Virus record (IMG/VR): IMGVR_UViG_3300033067_000944
Span: 1 to 63,122 of that record
Direction: 5' to 3' (one strand)
Source of the DNA: a virus
Taxonomy: Duplodnaviria > Caudoviricetes
DNA length: 63,122 nucleotides
Part shown: piece by piece, positions 9,555 to 17,857 of the stretch
Numbering within the stretch: position 1 is the first letter of the stretch
Layout of the letters: every line of letters begins with the position of its first letter
Made by a program: the position numbers and the translations under genes
Notes under the pieces: model-generated
What the model was told of the DNA's origin: nothing
Database searches by the model: none
What the model saw: the letters and a program-made list of their open reading frames with translations, nothing else

Positions 9555-9746
9555 ATGAACTACACCGTCGAACGAATGGACGTTACGCAAACCGCATACG
9601 GCACAGTTTCAAGCTGGTCTGTTGTCGCACAATACCAGCACCGCAGCGAGGCGCGCAAGTTTGCCGACAAGCTACGCGATACGCTTCCTGCCTCTTCACG
9701 GTGTGAGGTCTACGAGCGATCTGGTCGCATGGCTGTAAACGACTAA
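9555..9746 (+). CDS. Early array hypothetical protein
   Basis: First gene after the promoter and GCGGAG leader. Confidence 0.7.
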   Translation: MNYTVERMDVTQTAYGTVSSWSVVAQYQHRSEARKFADKLRDTLPASSRCEVYERSGRMAVND

Positions 9747-9834
9747 CGATTCGCCCCTGCCTGCCCTATCGACAGTAGGGCAGCATCGGGCGCACCGTTT
9801 GAGAGTGTGTAGGCTAAACGCGGAGAGTAGTAAG

Positions 9835-10218
9835 ATGAAAACTCGATATCAGTTTGAGGATCGTAAGACTGCCGAAGAAGCGTATCGCAAAGCAACCAAC
9901 GATACGCTACTGTCCAATATGGCAATCACTGATCTGCTATATGGTCACGTAGAGTGGTTCTCTGGTGGCGATTATCGCATTGGCGTCTGTCGTCCGACAT
10001 CGGCATCAGGCGGCAGTGTAATCGTGACATACTGCCCTGACGGCCAGAACCCATCGTCTAGCGTTCACTTCCTGGATGATTGGTGCGAATCAATTCGCCA
10101 GCAGCGCATCAGCGCATGCTTCGGCAACGATTCGGAGCTAGTTGGATTGTATGATCTGGCCGTCAAAGCAAAGGCCTATGCTCGCGCTTGTCAACAACGC
10201 GAATGGGTCGCAGCCTAA
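9835..10218 (+). CDS. Early array hypothetical protein
   Basis: ATG after GCGGAG at 9820. Confidence 0.7.
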   Translation: MKTRYQFEDRKTAEEAYRKATNDTLLSNMAITDLLYGHVEWFSGGDYRIGVCRPTSASGGSVIVTYCPDGQNPSSSVHFLDDWCESIRQQRISACFGNDSELVGLYDLAVKAKAYARACQQREWVAA

Positions 10219-10304
10219 CGGCTAGCCGTGAACCTGCCTTAGCAATAGGGCAGGCTACGGCTCGCCGTTTGAGAGCGAGTGGCATTAGCGCGGAGTAGAT
10301 TGAG

Positions 10305-10592
10305 ATGACAGCGAACGAACTATTAGCGATTGCACGCAAGGCGCGTCCGCATATCGAGTATGCGGTTCACAAGAATGGATCGGCGATTGCAGCCTACGAT
10401 CGGGAGCAAGGCCGATTCGTCGTGGTAGCGGCATTGTCGCTTTCCGGCCATTGGTACTCTAATCCAATGGAAGTTTTGGTTGATGGCGAGCGCTGGTATG
10501 CCGACAGTGATTTTGTCGCCGAATATGTCGAGCCAGTCCAGCCGATCCGCAACCCGTTTGAAGTGGTTGCAGTGATCGGGGGTGGCGCATGA
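10305..10592 (+). CDS. Early array hypothetical protein
   Basis: ATG after GCGGAG at 10290. Confidence 0.7.
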   Translation: MTANELLAIARKARPHIEYAVHKNGSAIAAYDREQGRFVVVAALSLSGHWYSNPMEVLVDGERWYADSDFVAEYVEPVQPIRNPFEVVAVIGGGA

Positions 10593-11230
10593 ACCTGTAC
10601 GAGCAATACCGCCCCCGATGCTGGTCCGATGTCGTTGGCCAAGATAAGGCAATCGCTAAGATCGATCAGCTACGCAAGCGCTGCCTCGCTGGCCGCGCCT
10701 ACTGGCTATCGGGGCAATCAGGGACAGGCAAGACTACGATCGCCAAACTGATCGCTGGCGAAGTCGCCGACGACTATGCAACCGAGGAACTAGACGCGGC
10801 CGTTGATTGCTCACCTGCGAAGCTGGCTGAATTAGAGCGCAAGCTGGCCAGTCGCCCGCTCTCCGGCGCCGGCTGGGCAGTCGTTATTAATGAAGCGCAC
10901 GGACTCAGCAAAGCGGCGATCCGACAATTACTGGTAATGCTCGAACGAATCCCGAACCACGTTGTTTGGGTATTCACAACGACCGTCGAGGGTGAAGAGA
11001 AGCTATTCGATGACTGCGATGATTCGCACCCTCTGTTGAGTCGTTGTTGCATCGTTAATCTGGCTCGCCGCGATCTGTCCAAGCCATTCGCCGAACTGGC
11101 GCTGTCAATTGCACGGGCCGAGGGCCTGGATGGAAAGCCAATCGACGCCTACGTGAAGCTAGCCCAGAAGCATCGCAACAATATGCGGGCGATGCTGCAA
11201 GATATTGAATCGGGCGGAATGCTGGATTAG
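10589..11230 (+). CDS. Clamp-loader-type AAA+ ATPase (DnaX/RarA N-terminal-like, truncated)
   Basis: [12 protein letters not shown], Walker [20 protein letters not shown]. Confidence 0.85.
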   Translation: MNLYEQYRPRCWSDVVGQDKAIAKIDQLRKRCLAGRAYWLSGQSGTGKTTIAKLIAGEVADDYATEELDAAVDCSPAKLAELERKLASRPLSGAGWAVVINEAHGLSKAAIRQLLVMLERIPNHVVWVFTTTVEGEEKLFDDCDDSHPLLSRCCIVNLARRDLSKPFAELALSIARAEGLDGKPIDAYVKLAQKHRNNMRAMLQDIESGGMLD

Positions 11231-11264
11231 GTCACTAGGTCACAACTAACGAAGGGTAAATAGC

Positions 11265-11471
11265 ATGGCAACTACAACTAAGAAAATCTGTTCTGTCGGA
11301 TCGGGAGTCTACGCACTCAAACCGGCCGGCGCGAAGGTTCCTGACGGGTGCTATGAATATGAAGAGACAAGCGCCGGAATGGAGTTAAAGGACATCCGGT
11401 CAGACAAGCGTTTTACGCTTGCTAAGACACTGTTCTACTACTGTTTAACCGACTATCGGATCATACCCTAG
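11265..11471 (+). CDS. Early array hypothetical protein
   Basis: ORF between motif copies. Confidence 0.6.
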   Translation: MATTTKKICSVGSGVYALKPAGAKVPDGCYEYEETSAGMELKDIRSDKRFTLAKTLFYYCLTDYRIIP

Positions 11472-11559
11472 TCGATCCATCGCCAACCCCCTGCCTGGCA
11501 ATCAGGGGGCTGCGATGAACCGCCTGAGAGTTCATTAGGTCACTAGCGGAGTAGAAACA

Positions 11560-11988
11560 ATGGAAAGCAAGTTACATAAACTGTATCGCGCGGAGCGCAA
11601 GCTAGGATTCTCGGCTGCTGATGCTATGCGGAATGCTAAGATCCGCACCAACTGGAATGCCATTTGTCCCGAGTATGTTCAACTAGCAATAGTGCCGGAC
11701 TGCGACATCGACCTATCGTATCTAGATCAGGAAGATTGCTTTAGCACATCCGCGAAGCAAGAGACAATCGACCGATGCAATCGTGACGGCGCTTGGGGAA
11801 TCGTCGGCCAGTATCGCCTAACGGATGAATCGGAATGGATCACTGTTGATTCGTGCTGGGGATTCGTCGGCGACGATTGGGAGAATTCCGGGTATGACAT
11901 CGACATCATGCAAGCTACGCTTGACGCGCTGCGCGATGCTATCGCTTTCCGCGATCAGGCACAGTTAGCTCAATCGGTTATCGCCTGA
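11560..11988 (+). CDS. Early array hypothetical protein (DSCWGF motif)
   Basis: GCGGAG leader; VDSCWGFVG. Confidence 0.7.
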   Translation: MESKLHKLYRAERKLGFSAADAMRNAKIRTNWNAICPEYVQLAIVPDCDIDLSYLDQEDCFSTSAKQETIDRCNRDGAWGIVGQYRLTDESEWITVDSCWGFVGDDWENSGYDIDIMQATLDALRDAIAFRDQAQLAQSVIA

Positions 11989-12021
11989 ACAATACTAGGC
12001 CACTATCGCGGAGTTTAAGCC

Positions 12022-12381
12022 ATGAGATGCACGGTAGAAATTCGAGATCGTAAGGTTTACGCCGTTCATTCCTACGTTGAATTGAACGAACCAATCCGGC
12101 GCAAGATGTTTTTCCGCCTCGGGATTTGCGCCAGCGAACTAGACGCGCAAGCATTGGTGGAATTACCCGGCAAGGAAGTTTATTGCGATACGCAATACGC
12201 AACGGCGTCGGTGTACCTCGGGCCGTGGCGGGATTGGAAGTGTCAAGGTCCGGCAGGCAGCACCCCATGCGATTTTATTGAGACTGAGATAGTACCGGCC
12301 CCGAAGTGTAAGGTAGAAACGCGGTGGCGCAATGGTCGCTGGGATAAGTATCTGAAAAGCAAGGGCTGGGTTATCGCCTAG
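12022..12381 (+). CDS. Early array hypothetical protein
   Basis: GCGGAG leader. Confidence 0.65.
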   Translation: MRCTVEIRDRKVYAVHSYVELNEPIRRKMFFRLGICASELDAQALVELPGKEVYCDTQYATASVYLGPWRDWKCQGPAGSTPCDFIETEIVPAPKCKVETRWRNGRWDKYLKSKGWVIA

Positions 12382-12479
12382 TTCGCCCCATCTTCACCCC
12401 CTGTTAGGTCACTAATCCGGCCTTGACAGGGGAGACAGATGCGACGATTGGGATCGTATCAAGGTATTAACGCGGAGTT

Positions 12480-13130
12480 ATGACAATGAACGCTACAAGC
12501 AAGAAATGGTCAATCAATGACATCAAATCGGCCATGCGGGTAAAGGGGTCGCATTGGTTTGATGCCAGCGCACTGCGGTTCTTTAGGTCACGAATCGGCA
12601 ACGATGTATTTCAGGGGTCGGGCGGAGTCTACTTTGTGTCATCGGAACAATTCGGCGACGGCTCGCCTAGGCTGTATACCGTTCGCCAGTTCGATCCCGA
12701 TGCGATTGCGATCCGCGACGGTTCAAGCTTCCAAGAGTTCGCCACACTGCGAGCCGCCAAAGCGGCTGCTAGGTCACTGGCTGGCCCTGATGCTAGTTCG
12801 GTCGCGGAGTCTTTCATCGCGCCAACGGAGTTCGATGACTTCGTTCTCGTTGTGCAGGCGGAGTATCCCGACGTTAGCGCCGGCGTGCTGCGATTGCTTT
12901 GCCTATACGCAAAGCGACATCATGCAGCCTGCGAACGCGAATGTAACGAAGGCGGCGAACATGCCGAGGGAATGGAGCGGGTAATCAATGAATTGCTCGC
13001 AAAGCAAGGGCAAGGCCTTGTGGCGATCTTCCAGGGCGATCCGCGTGGCGTGACCGTCAAGGTTAAGCTGCCCAGCGGCGCTACCAATGACTTCGGCAAA
13101 GAAGGCATTTGTGTTCCGACCGACATCTAG
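12480..13130 (+). CDS. Early array two-domain hypothetical protein
   Basis: GSHWFDASALRFFRSRI...YFVSSEQ...RLYTVR; C-terminal FQGDPRG. Confidence 0.7.
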   Translation: MTMNATSKKWSINDIKSAMRVKGSHWFDASALRFFRSRIGNDVFQGSGGVYFVSSEQFGDGSPRLYTVRQFDPDAIAIRDGSSFQEFATLRAAKAAARSLAGPDASSVAESFIAPTEFDDFVLVVQAEYPDVSAGVLRLLCLYAKRHHAACERECNEGGEHAEGMERVINELLAKQGQGLVAIFQGDPRGVTVKVKLPSGATNDFGKEGICVPTDI

Positions 13131-13218
13131 TCGATGCACCTTGAACCCGCCTTAGGTCACTAGGGCGGGCTAAGGTTCACCGTTTGAGAGTGGACAGGTT
13201 TAGCGCGGAGAAATAGAA

Positions 13219-13443
13219 ATGACTGCAATCGTAATCCTTGCTCGTGACGTAACCGAAGAATTAGCGCCGGTAAGCGGCGCACGATGCAGGTACTGCGGCA
13301 AGCGCCCGTGGCGCGATCCCGAAGCGCTTTGGACAATCGACTGCTCGACGGCATTCTGTGATGTCTGTTGGGATGACCTGCAACAGGAATTGGCAGCCAG
13401 CTTGACGAAAGACCGAGCCGCGATCCTGCCCGATTCCATCTAG
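13219..13443 (+). CDS. Early array Zn-finger protein
   Basis: CRYC...CDVC; GCGGAG leader. Confidence 0.65.
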   Translation: MTAIVILARDVTEELAPVSGARCRYCGKRPWRDPEALWTIDCSTAFCDVCWDDLQQELAASLTKDRAAILPDSI

Positions 13444-13531
13444 CCGCCACGCCCGCACCCCCCGTGCTGCCAGCCGGGGGCGACGGGTTTGACGACGGAG
13501 TTCAAACTAGGTCACTAGCGGAGTTAGAAAT

Positions 13532-13840
13532 ATGGAAACAAAACACACACCGGGGCCGTGGACCAGTAATGCGTTCGCAAGAGAACCAGACTGCGAGTAT
13601 TTCGTTGCCGGACCCGAAGGCCAATGGCTGGCAGACGTAGGGGGTGGCGAGGACTACGTTGACCACAGCAGCATGGATACGCAACGCGCCAACGCCCGCC
13701 TGATCGCAGCCGCGCCTGATTTGCTGGCCGCGTGCGAAGCAGTGTTAGACATGGTCGAAAGCGAAGGTCGAGACACTGGCAGGGGTGGCGCATTTTCTGA
13801 TATGCGAGACGCCATTGCGAAAGCGACTGGTGCCGCATGA
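13532..13840 (+). CDS. Conserved phage hypothetical protein
   Basis: HTPGPW...ANARLIAAAPDLLAAC. Confidence 0.8.
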   Translation: METKHTPGPWTSNAFAREPDCEYFVAGPEGQWLADVGGGEDYVDHSSMDTQRANARLIAAAPDLLAACEAVLDMVESEGRDTGRGGAFSDMRDAIAKATGAA

Positions 13841-14145
13841 AGATAGCAGAACTAAAACGCACCCTTACACCCGGCACGAAATTGCGATGCGTTCACAATG
13901 CTCGTGGTCCCGTGCCTCCTGGCGAGCAGCACCGCGAAGTAGTTAGTGTCAGTAGCGCAAATATCGTAATGCGAGGAATGCTGAATGATCGACCGACAGC
14001 GCTGTCATACCTGCCGATGCCAAAGGCTAGCGAGCTATCATCTACTCGCAGTGGCTTTCGGATCGAAATAGCGGAAAAACCGCACTCTGTAGCGGTGGCC
14101 ATTGAGTATGAATGGGTACACGACACGGAAGGCGGTGCAGTATGA
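13837..14145 (+). CDS. Hypothetical protein
   Basis: ATGA coupling. Confidence 0.6.
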   Translation: MKIAELKRTLTPGTKLRCVHNARGPVPPGEQHREVVSVSSANIVMRGMLNDRPTALSYLPMPKASELSSTRSGFRIEIAEKPHSVAVAIEYEWVHDTEGGAV

Positions 14146-14414
14146 CCTTCACGCACACCACAATCCGCACCGCAGCCTACGACCGAGGCGATGCGGATCA
14201 ATGGGAGTCGGACGACGGGCGATATCGGATCGTCGCCGTCTACCGTGCCTGGGGAGTCTGTATGCCCACCCACGTTCACGCGATCTTTAGGACGGCAGAC
14301 GGTGAACGCCACCTGTGTCCCGAGCGTACTATCCGTAGTCGCCGCGTGGCCGAGCGGATTTGCAAACGTCACGCGCGGGAGAATAAGATTGTCGGGCAAA
14401 TGAGCATGTTTTAG
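14142..14414 (+). CDS. Hypothetical protein
   Basis: ATGA coupling (MTFTH...). Confidence 0.55.
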   Translation: MTFTHTTIRTAAYDRGDADQWESDDGRYRIVAVYRAWGVCMPTHVHAIFRTADGERHLCPERTIRSRRVAERICKRHARENKIVGQMSMF

Positions 14415-14446
14415 GGCACTAACGCCAGCACAAAAGGATACGAACA

Positions 14447-14830
14447 ATGAATACGACAGACACCAAAACCGATCCGGTTCTCGAACTGTGCAGCAACACG
14501 GAATGGATGCGCGAATACTCTGGTCTAAACCTGGATGCCATCGACTACGCATTTGCAGACGAGGCGGCGGTACACTTGCGCGAACAGATTTGGGACCGGC
14601 TTGATGGGAACGGTTTTCGAGTGGAACCGTCAAGAGGTCAGCGGTCTTTATGCCACGGATGGAATGGTGCGAACACGTTCACGCACAAGCTCGGACCAAT
14701 CGGAACCTTCGACGACCTGACAGCAGACCAGGAAGCGGCAATCTATTCCGCTATCGAGGACGCGATCAAGGCGACTGAAACCGCCTACGCGCCCACGGCA
14801 GGCAGTGTGATTGCCGACGACGAAGAATAG
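14447..14830 (+). CDS. Acidic hypothetical protein
   Basis: AAGGA RBS; D/E-rich. Confidence 0.65.
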   Translation: MNTTDTKTDPVLELCSNTEWMREYSGLNLDAIDYAFADEAAVHLREQIWDRLDGNGFRVEPSRGQRSLCHGWNGANTFTHKLGPIGTFDDLTADQEAAIYSAIEDAIKATETAYAPTAGSVIADDEE

Positions 14831-14905
14831 CAATACTCCGCGTGGCCGGGGTGCTCTGCGGCTCGTTGTCGCACCACCCTGGCCGTGCCTGGATTTAGGC
14901 CACTA

Positions 14906-15649
14906 ATGCCTCCAACCTGCTACGGCTATACCATCGATGATCCTGCCCCGCTGCTGGCGTACCATGCTGAGCATCTAGCGGTTGCTATGCCGATGGGTGG
15001 TATCTTTCGGGATGAGTATTTCTATCAGCCGCTCCGCGACCGTGAGCAATTCCACGGCTTGCAGATGACGCTGCAACGGGGCGACGTGCTGCTACTGTCC
15101 TCGATGCGAGCGCTGCACAAGAAGGCGAACGCCATCGACACCGTGAACAAGTGGCTGCGTCTCGGCATCCGGCTGGTAATCGTCGATCACAACGCCAGCT
15201 TGAATGATCTTACTCCCGAGGGTCGCAACGGAGTCAACGTCATTAGGGCACTAAACGCGGTCGCCAATCATCGGCAGCATAGCGTCTGCGAACGAAACAT
15301 TACCGACGAGCGATTCTACCGGTTCAAGGGCTGGGGCGTCATGCGGATGCGCAAGCACAAGAAATGGCTATGGGTCCACGACAAGCGTACCCGCGAAGCG
15401 ATGCGGCTGATCGTCGCCATGCGGGCGCGTGGTAGTCGCTGGATTGATATCCTGCGATGGCTGGTATCCCACCAGATATATCGCAACGGTAAGCGCTGGA
15501 AGTCGTCATCGACCATAGCCCTGGCCTACAAATACGAGATGGAATTTAGGGCATTAGAAGCAACGATCAAACAGGAGCAACAACAATGCGCGCCATCGGC
15601 TACGTCCGAGTCAGCACCGACGAACAAGCTCGCGACGGAGTTAGCTTAG
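14906..15649 (+). CDS. Degenerate serine-recombinase-like protein lacking the catalytic Ser
   Basis: CYGYTID where YxRxS is expected; REQF..L...LQRGDVLL; DLTPEGR; basic C-terminus. Confidence 0.6.
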   Translation: MPPTCYGYTIDDPAPLLAYHAEHLAVAMPMGGIFRDEYFYQPLRDREQFHGLQMTLQRGDVLLLSSMRALHKKANAIDTVNKWLRLGIRLVIVDHNASLNDLTPEGRNGVNVIRALNAVANHRQHSVCERNITDERFYRFKGWGVMRMRKHKKWLWVHDKRTREAMRLIVAMRARGSRWIDILRWLVSHQIYRNGKRWKSSSTIALAYKYEMEFRALEATIKQEQQQCAPSATSESAPTNKLATELA

Positions 15650-16266
15650 AGGTTCAACAGGCCAAGATTAAAGGCTACTGTGACCTGTATGGCCTGAACC
15701 TAACCGATACCATCACTGATGCCGGCGAATCATCCAAGACACTGAATCGCCCCGGCATAAAATACGTGTTGGAACATCTCGACGTTCAGGCAGCCGAGTG
15801 CGTTGTGATTGCCAAACTGGATCGTCTCACGAGGTCAGTATCCGACTGGCAATACCTGATCGACCGCTACTTCTGCGAGAAGGCCGGCAAGCGATTGTGC
15901 TCAGTGAACGACAGCATCGACACGCACAGCGCATCGGGCCGGCTTGTGCTGAATATCCTCATGTCGGTTGCTCAATGGGAGCGGGAAGCGATCAGCGAGC
16001 GCACGAGGGAAGCACTAGGTCACAAGATCAAGAACGGCGAGCGGTGCGGGCGCGTGCGGTATGGGTATACGCTGGCTGCGGATGAGAAAACTCTGGTGGA
16101 GGACAGGGAGGAATTCCTAATCTTGGTTGAGATGCGGATTCTCCGTGGCAATGGCTGGAACTACCGAGAGATAGCCAATCACTTAAACCGAAACTGCAAG
16201 CCATGCCGAACTGGAAAGCTGTGGTCGCACTCGACCGTGCGTTGCATCTTGAATCGCAGCGCATGA
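15586..16266 (+). CDS. Serine recombinase (resolvase family with a short recombinase domain)
   Basis: GYVRVSTDEQ, NRPG, AKLDRLTRS, DTHSASGRL, AQWERE, YGY...IANHLN...WSHSTV. Confidence 0.92.
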   Translation: MRAIGYVRVSTDEQARDGVSLEVQQAKIKGYCDLYGLNLTDTITDAGESSKTLNRPGIKYVLEHLDVQAAECVVIAKLDRLTRSVSDWQYLIDRYFCEKAGKRLCSVNDSIDTHSASGRLVLNILMSVAQWEREAISERTREALGHKIKNGERCGRVRYGYTLAADEKTLVEDREEFLILVEMRILRGNGWNYREIANHLNRNCKPCRTGKLWSHSTVRCILNRSA

Positions 16267-16301
16267 AAAAAACCGGCACCCGCGATAGGATCGGATGCCG
16301 G
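16266..16301 (-). terminator. Rho-independent terminator of the virion operon
   Basis: On minus, CCGGCATCCG/CGGGTGCCGG stem then T7, at a convergent junction. Confidence 0.75.
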
Positions 16302-16331
16302 GCCACGAAAGGATTCTCTCTCGCTGGTATT

Positions 16332-17549
16332 TTACCAGCCGTAGGAACCGGGGGCAACGGATCGGCCAGCAAGCGAGCTTGCGATTCCACCAATGCCCGA
16401 TGGCGGCGTGCCGACGTTGTGTGGATTGCCGGGGCCGTAATACTTGTATCCCGATGAAGCCACTTGGTTCTGTGTCGGCGTGGCCGTCTGATTTACAGGC
16501 TGGGCAACCGGCGCCATCGCGTTTTGAAGTTGCTGATACTGCGGTTGGTACTGGGCTAGTTCCGCATTCTGCCTAGCGCGTGCAGCAGCTTCGCTATCCG
16601 CTGCCGCTTTCTGATTGGCTGCGATGCCAGCCGAGTAGGCGTTGCTATCGAACTGCGGTCGGGGTGCAGGTGGTGGCGTATAGGCCGGCATCCCGGTCGG
16701 ATTGCCGAAAGCGTAGTACGCATTCTGATCGCTGTAGGGATTGTACTTTTCAAACTGGTTGGTCATTTCCTGCCCTGCATGACCATACCCAGTTCCGTAA
16801 AGTTTGGAGTTGTAGTCAGACCACTCTGAACTATGGTCCTTATTGTCCCACGTTGGTTCCGGCTTGGACGGATCGTAGCCCATGCCGGACCCGAGGAATT
16901 TCGTACCAAATACCCAATCGTTTGGATTCGACTGGCCGATCATTTCATTGAGGCCAGAACTAATCGCACCTGGGATGTCTGCTGGCCTGGGATTGTCCGG
17001 CGCACCGTAGGGACCGGCCACACTACCAGCCGCCATGCCATTGCCTTGAGCGCTGAGCGGCGCTGGCGTTGGTGGAGTCCACGGCTGCGGAGTCGGGAAT
17101 CCACTGGTCTGCGGCTGTTGATACGCCGGTCCGTTCATACCGTTGCCGGTTGCCGGCGCTGGTCCTGAGTTGCCACCACCAAAGAACACTGGTTGCGTCG
17201 GATGCGGCTGCGGCGTGCTGGTCGGATAGTTGTGCGCGGCAGGTAGTGGCGAAGGCGTGGCTGCTCCCGAGGCGTTCGGCGCAAATCCACCCGAGCCAAT
17301 ACTGCCTGTCGATCCTGAACTGCCGCCAGCAGTAGTGGTGGTCGGCTGGGCATCAGCAAACCAATTACTGAACAAGCCTGGACGCGGAGCGGGAGTCGTT
17401 GTCGTTGTCGGCGAAGTGCCGGCATTGTTGAACGATGCTCCGAATCCGCCACGCGGCGCCGCCATCTTCCCGAACCGATTGTTCAGACTACTGGCGATGC
17501 CATTGATTCCACCAAAACCACCACCACTCGATGCGCCAAACATACTCAT
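16332..17549 (-). CDS. Low-complexity G/P/Q/T-rich virion or ejection protein
   Basis: Last gene of the structural operon; start at MSMFG inferred. Confidence 0.6.
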   Translation of the reverse strand: MSMFGASSGGGFGGINGIASSLNNRFGKMAAPRGGFGASFNNAGTSPTTTTTPAPRPGLFSNWFADAQPTTTTAGGSSGSTGSIGSGGFAPNASGAATPSPLPAAHNYPTSTPQPHPTQPVFFGGGNSGPAPATGNGMNGPAYQQPQTSGFPTPQPWTPPTPAPLSAQGNGMAAGSVAGPYGAPDNPRPADIPGAISSGLNEMIGQSNPNDWVFGTKFLGSGMGYDPSKPEPTWDNKDHSSEWSDYNSKLYGTGYGHAGQEMTNQFEKYNPYSDQNAYYAFGNPTGMPAYTPPPAPRPQFDSNAYSAGIAANQKAAADSEAAARARQNAELAQYQPQYQQLQNAMAPVAQPVNQTATPTQNQVASSGYKYYGPGNPHNVGTPPSGIGGIASSLAGRSVAPGSYGW

Positions 17550-17551
17550 AG

Positions 17552-17857
17552 TTACCAACTCCAATTTGAATTGAACCCGTTGTTTTGCGGGAACATGGGG
17601 AATGCTGGAACGAACGGCGCTGGCGCTGCGAAGTTCGGTTGCGGGATGTTCGACCGGAACGTGGCTTGTCCACCCCACGGCGTATTGATCCACGAGTAAT
17701 TATAGACGGGCGTGTACTGGTACTGGTATGGCTGAAACTGATGCAGTTGCGGCAGTCCTTGCATGTGCCGACCGTGGTAGTGCTGATGCCCGTACTGGGC
17801 GCTGGCGACCGACGTTGCACAGAATAGGACAGCGGCGAGAATCAAACTTCTTGTCAT
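17552..17857 (-). CDS. Small secreted protein
   Basis: Signal peptide MTRSLILAAVLFCATSVASA-Q. Confidence 0.6.
   Translation of the reverse strand: MTRSLILAAVLFCATSVASAQYGHQHYHGRHMQGLPQLHQFQPYQYQYTPVYNYSWINTPWGGQATFRSNIPQPNFAAPAPFVPAFPMFPQNNGFNSNWSW

Larger units (their letters stand above)
9509..13523 (+). repeat. Seven-copy structured intergenic element (9-nt-loop hairpin plus GCGGAG, mostly preceded by a long stem)
   Basis: Loops start at 9515, 9796, 10266, 11521, 12445, 13181 and 13493; stems differ in sequence but pair, with G-U wobbles. Confidence 0.85.
11228..16025 (+). repeat. Co-oriented TAGGNCACTA-like motif, about 13 copies
   Basis: 11228 (tandem), 11536, 11996, 12405, 12584, 12770, 13153, 13508, 14412, 14896, 15244, 15547, 16016; four of these differ from the consensus at one base. 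Confidence 0.85.

Noticed and set aside
9509-13523. Intergenic repeats as a CRISPR array or a known ribozyme (hammerhead, twister, HDV-like)
   Set aside because: The repeats are not identical and are separated by whole genes; the CUGANGA/GAAA core, the twister loop and the HDV nested pseudoknot were not found by eye
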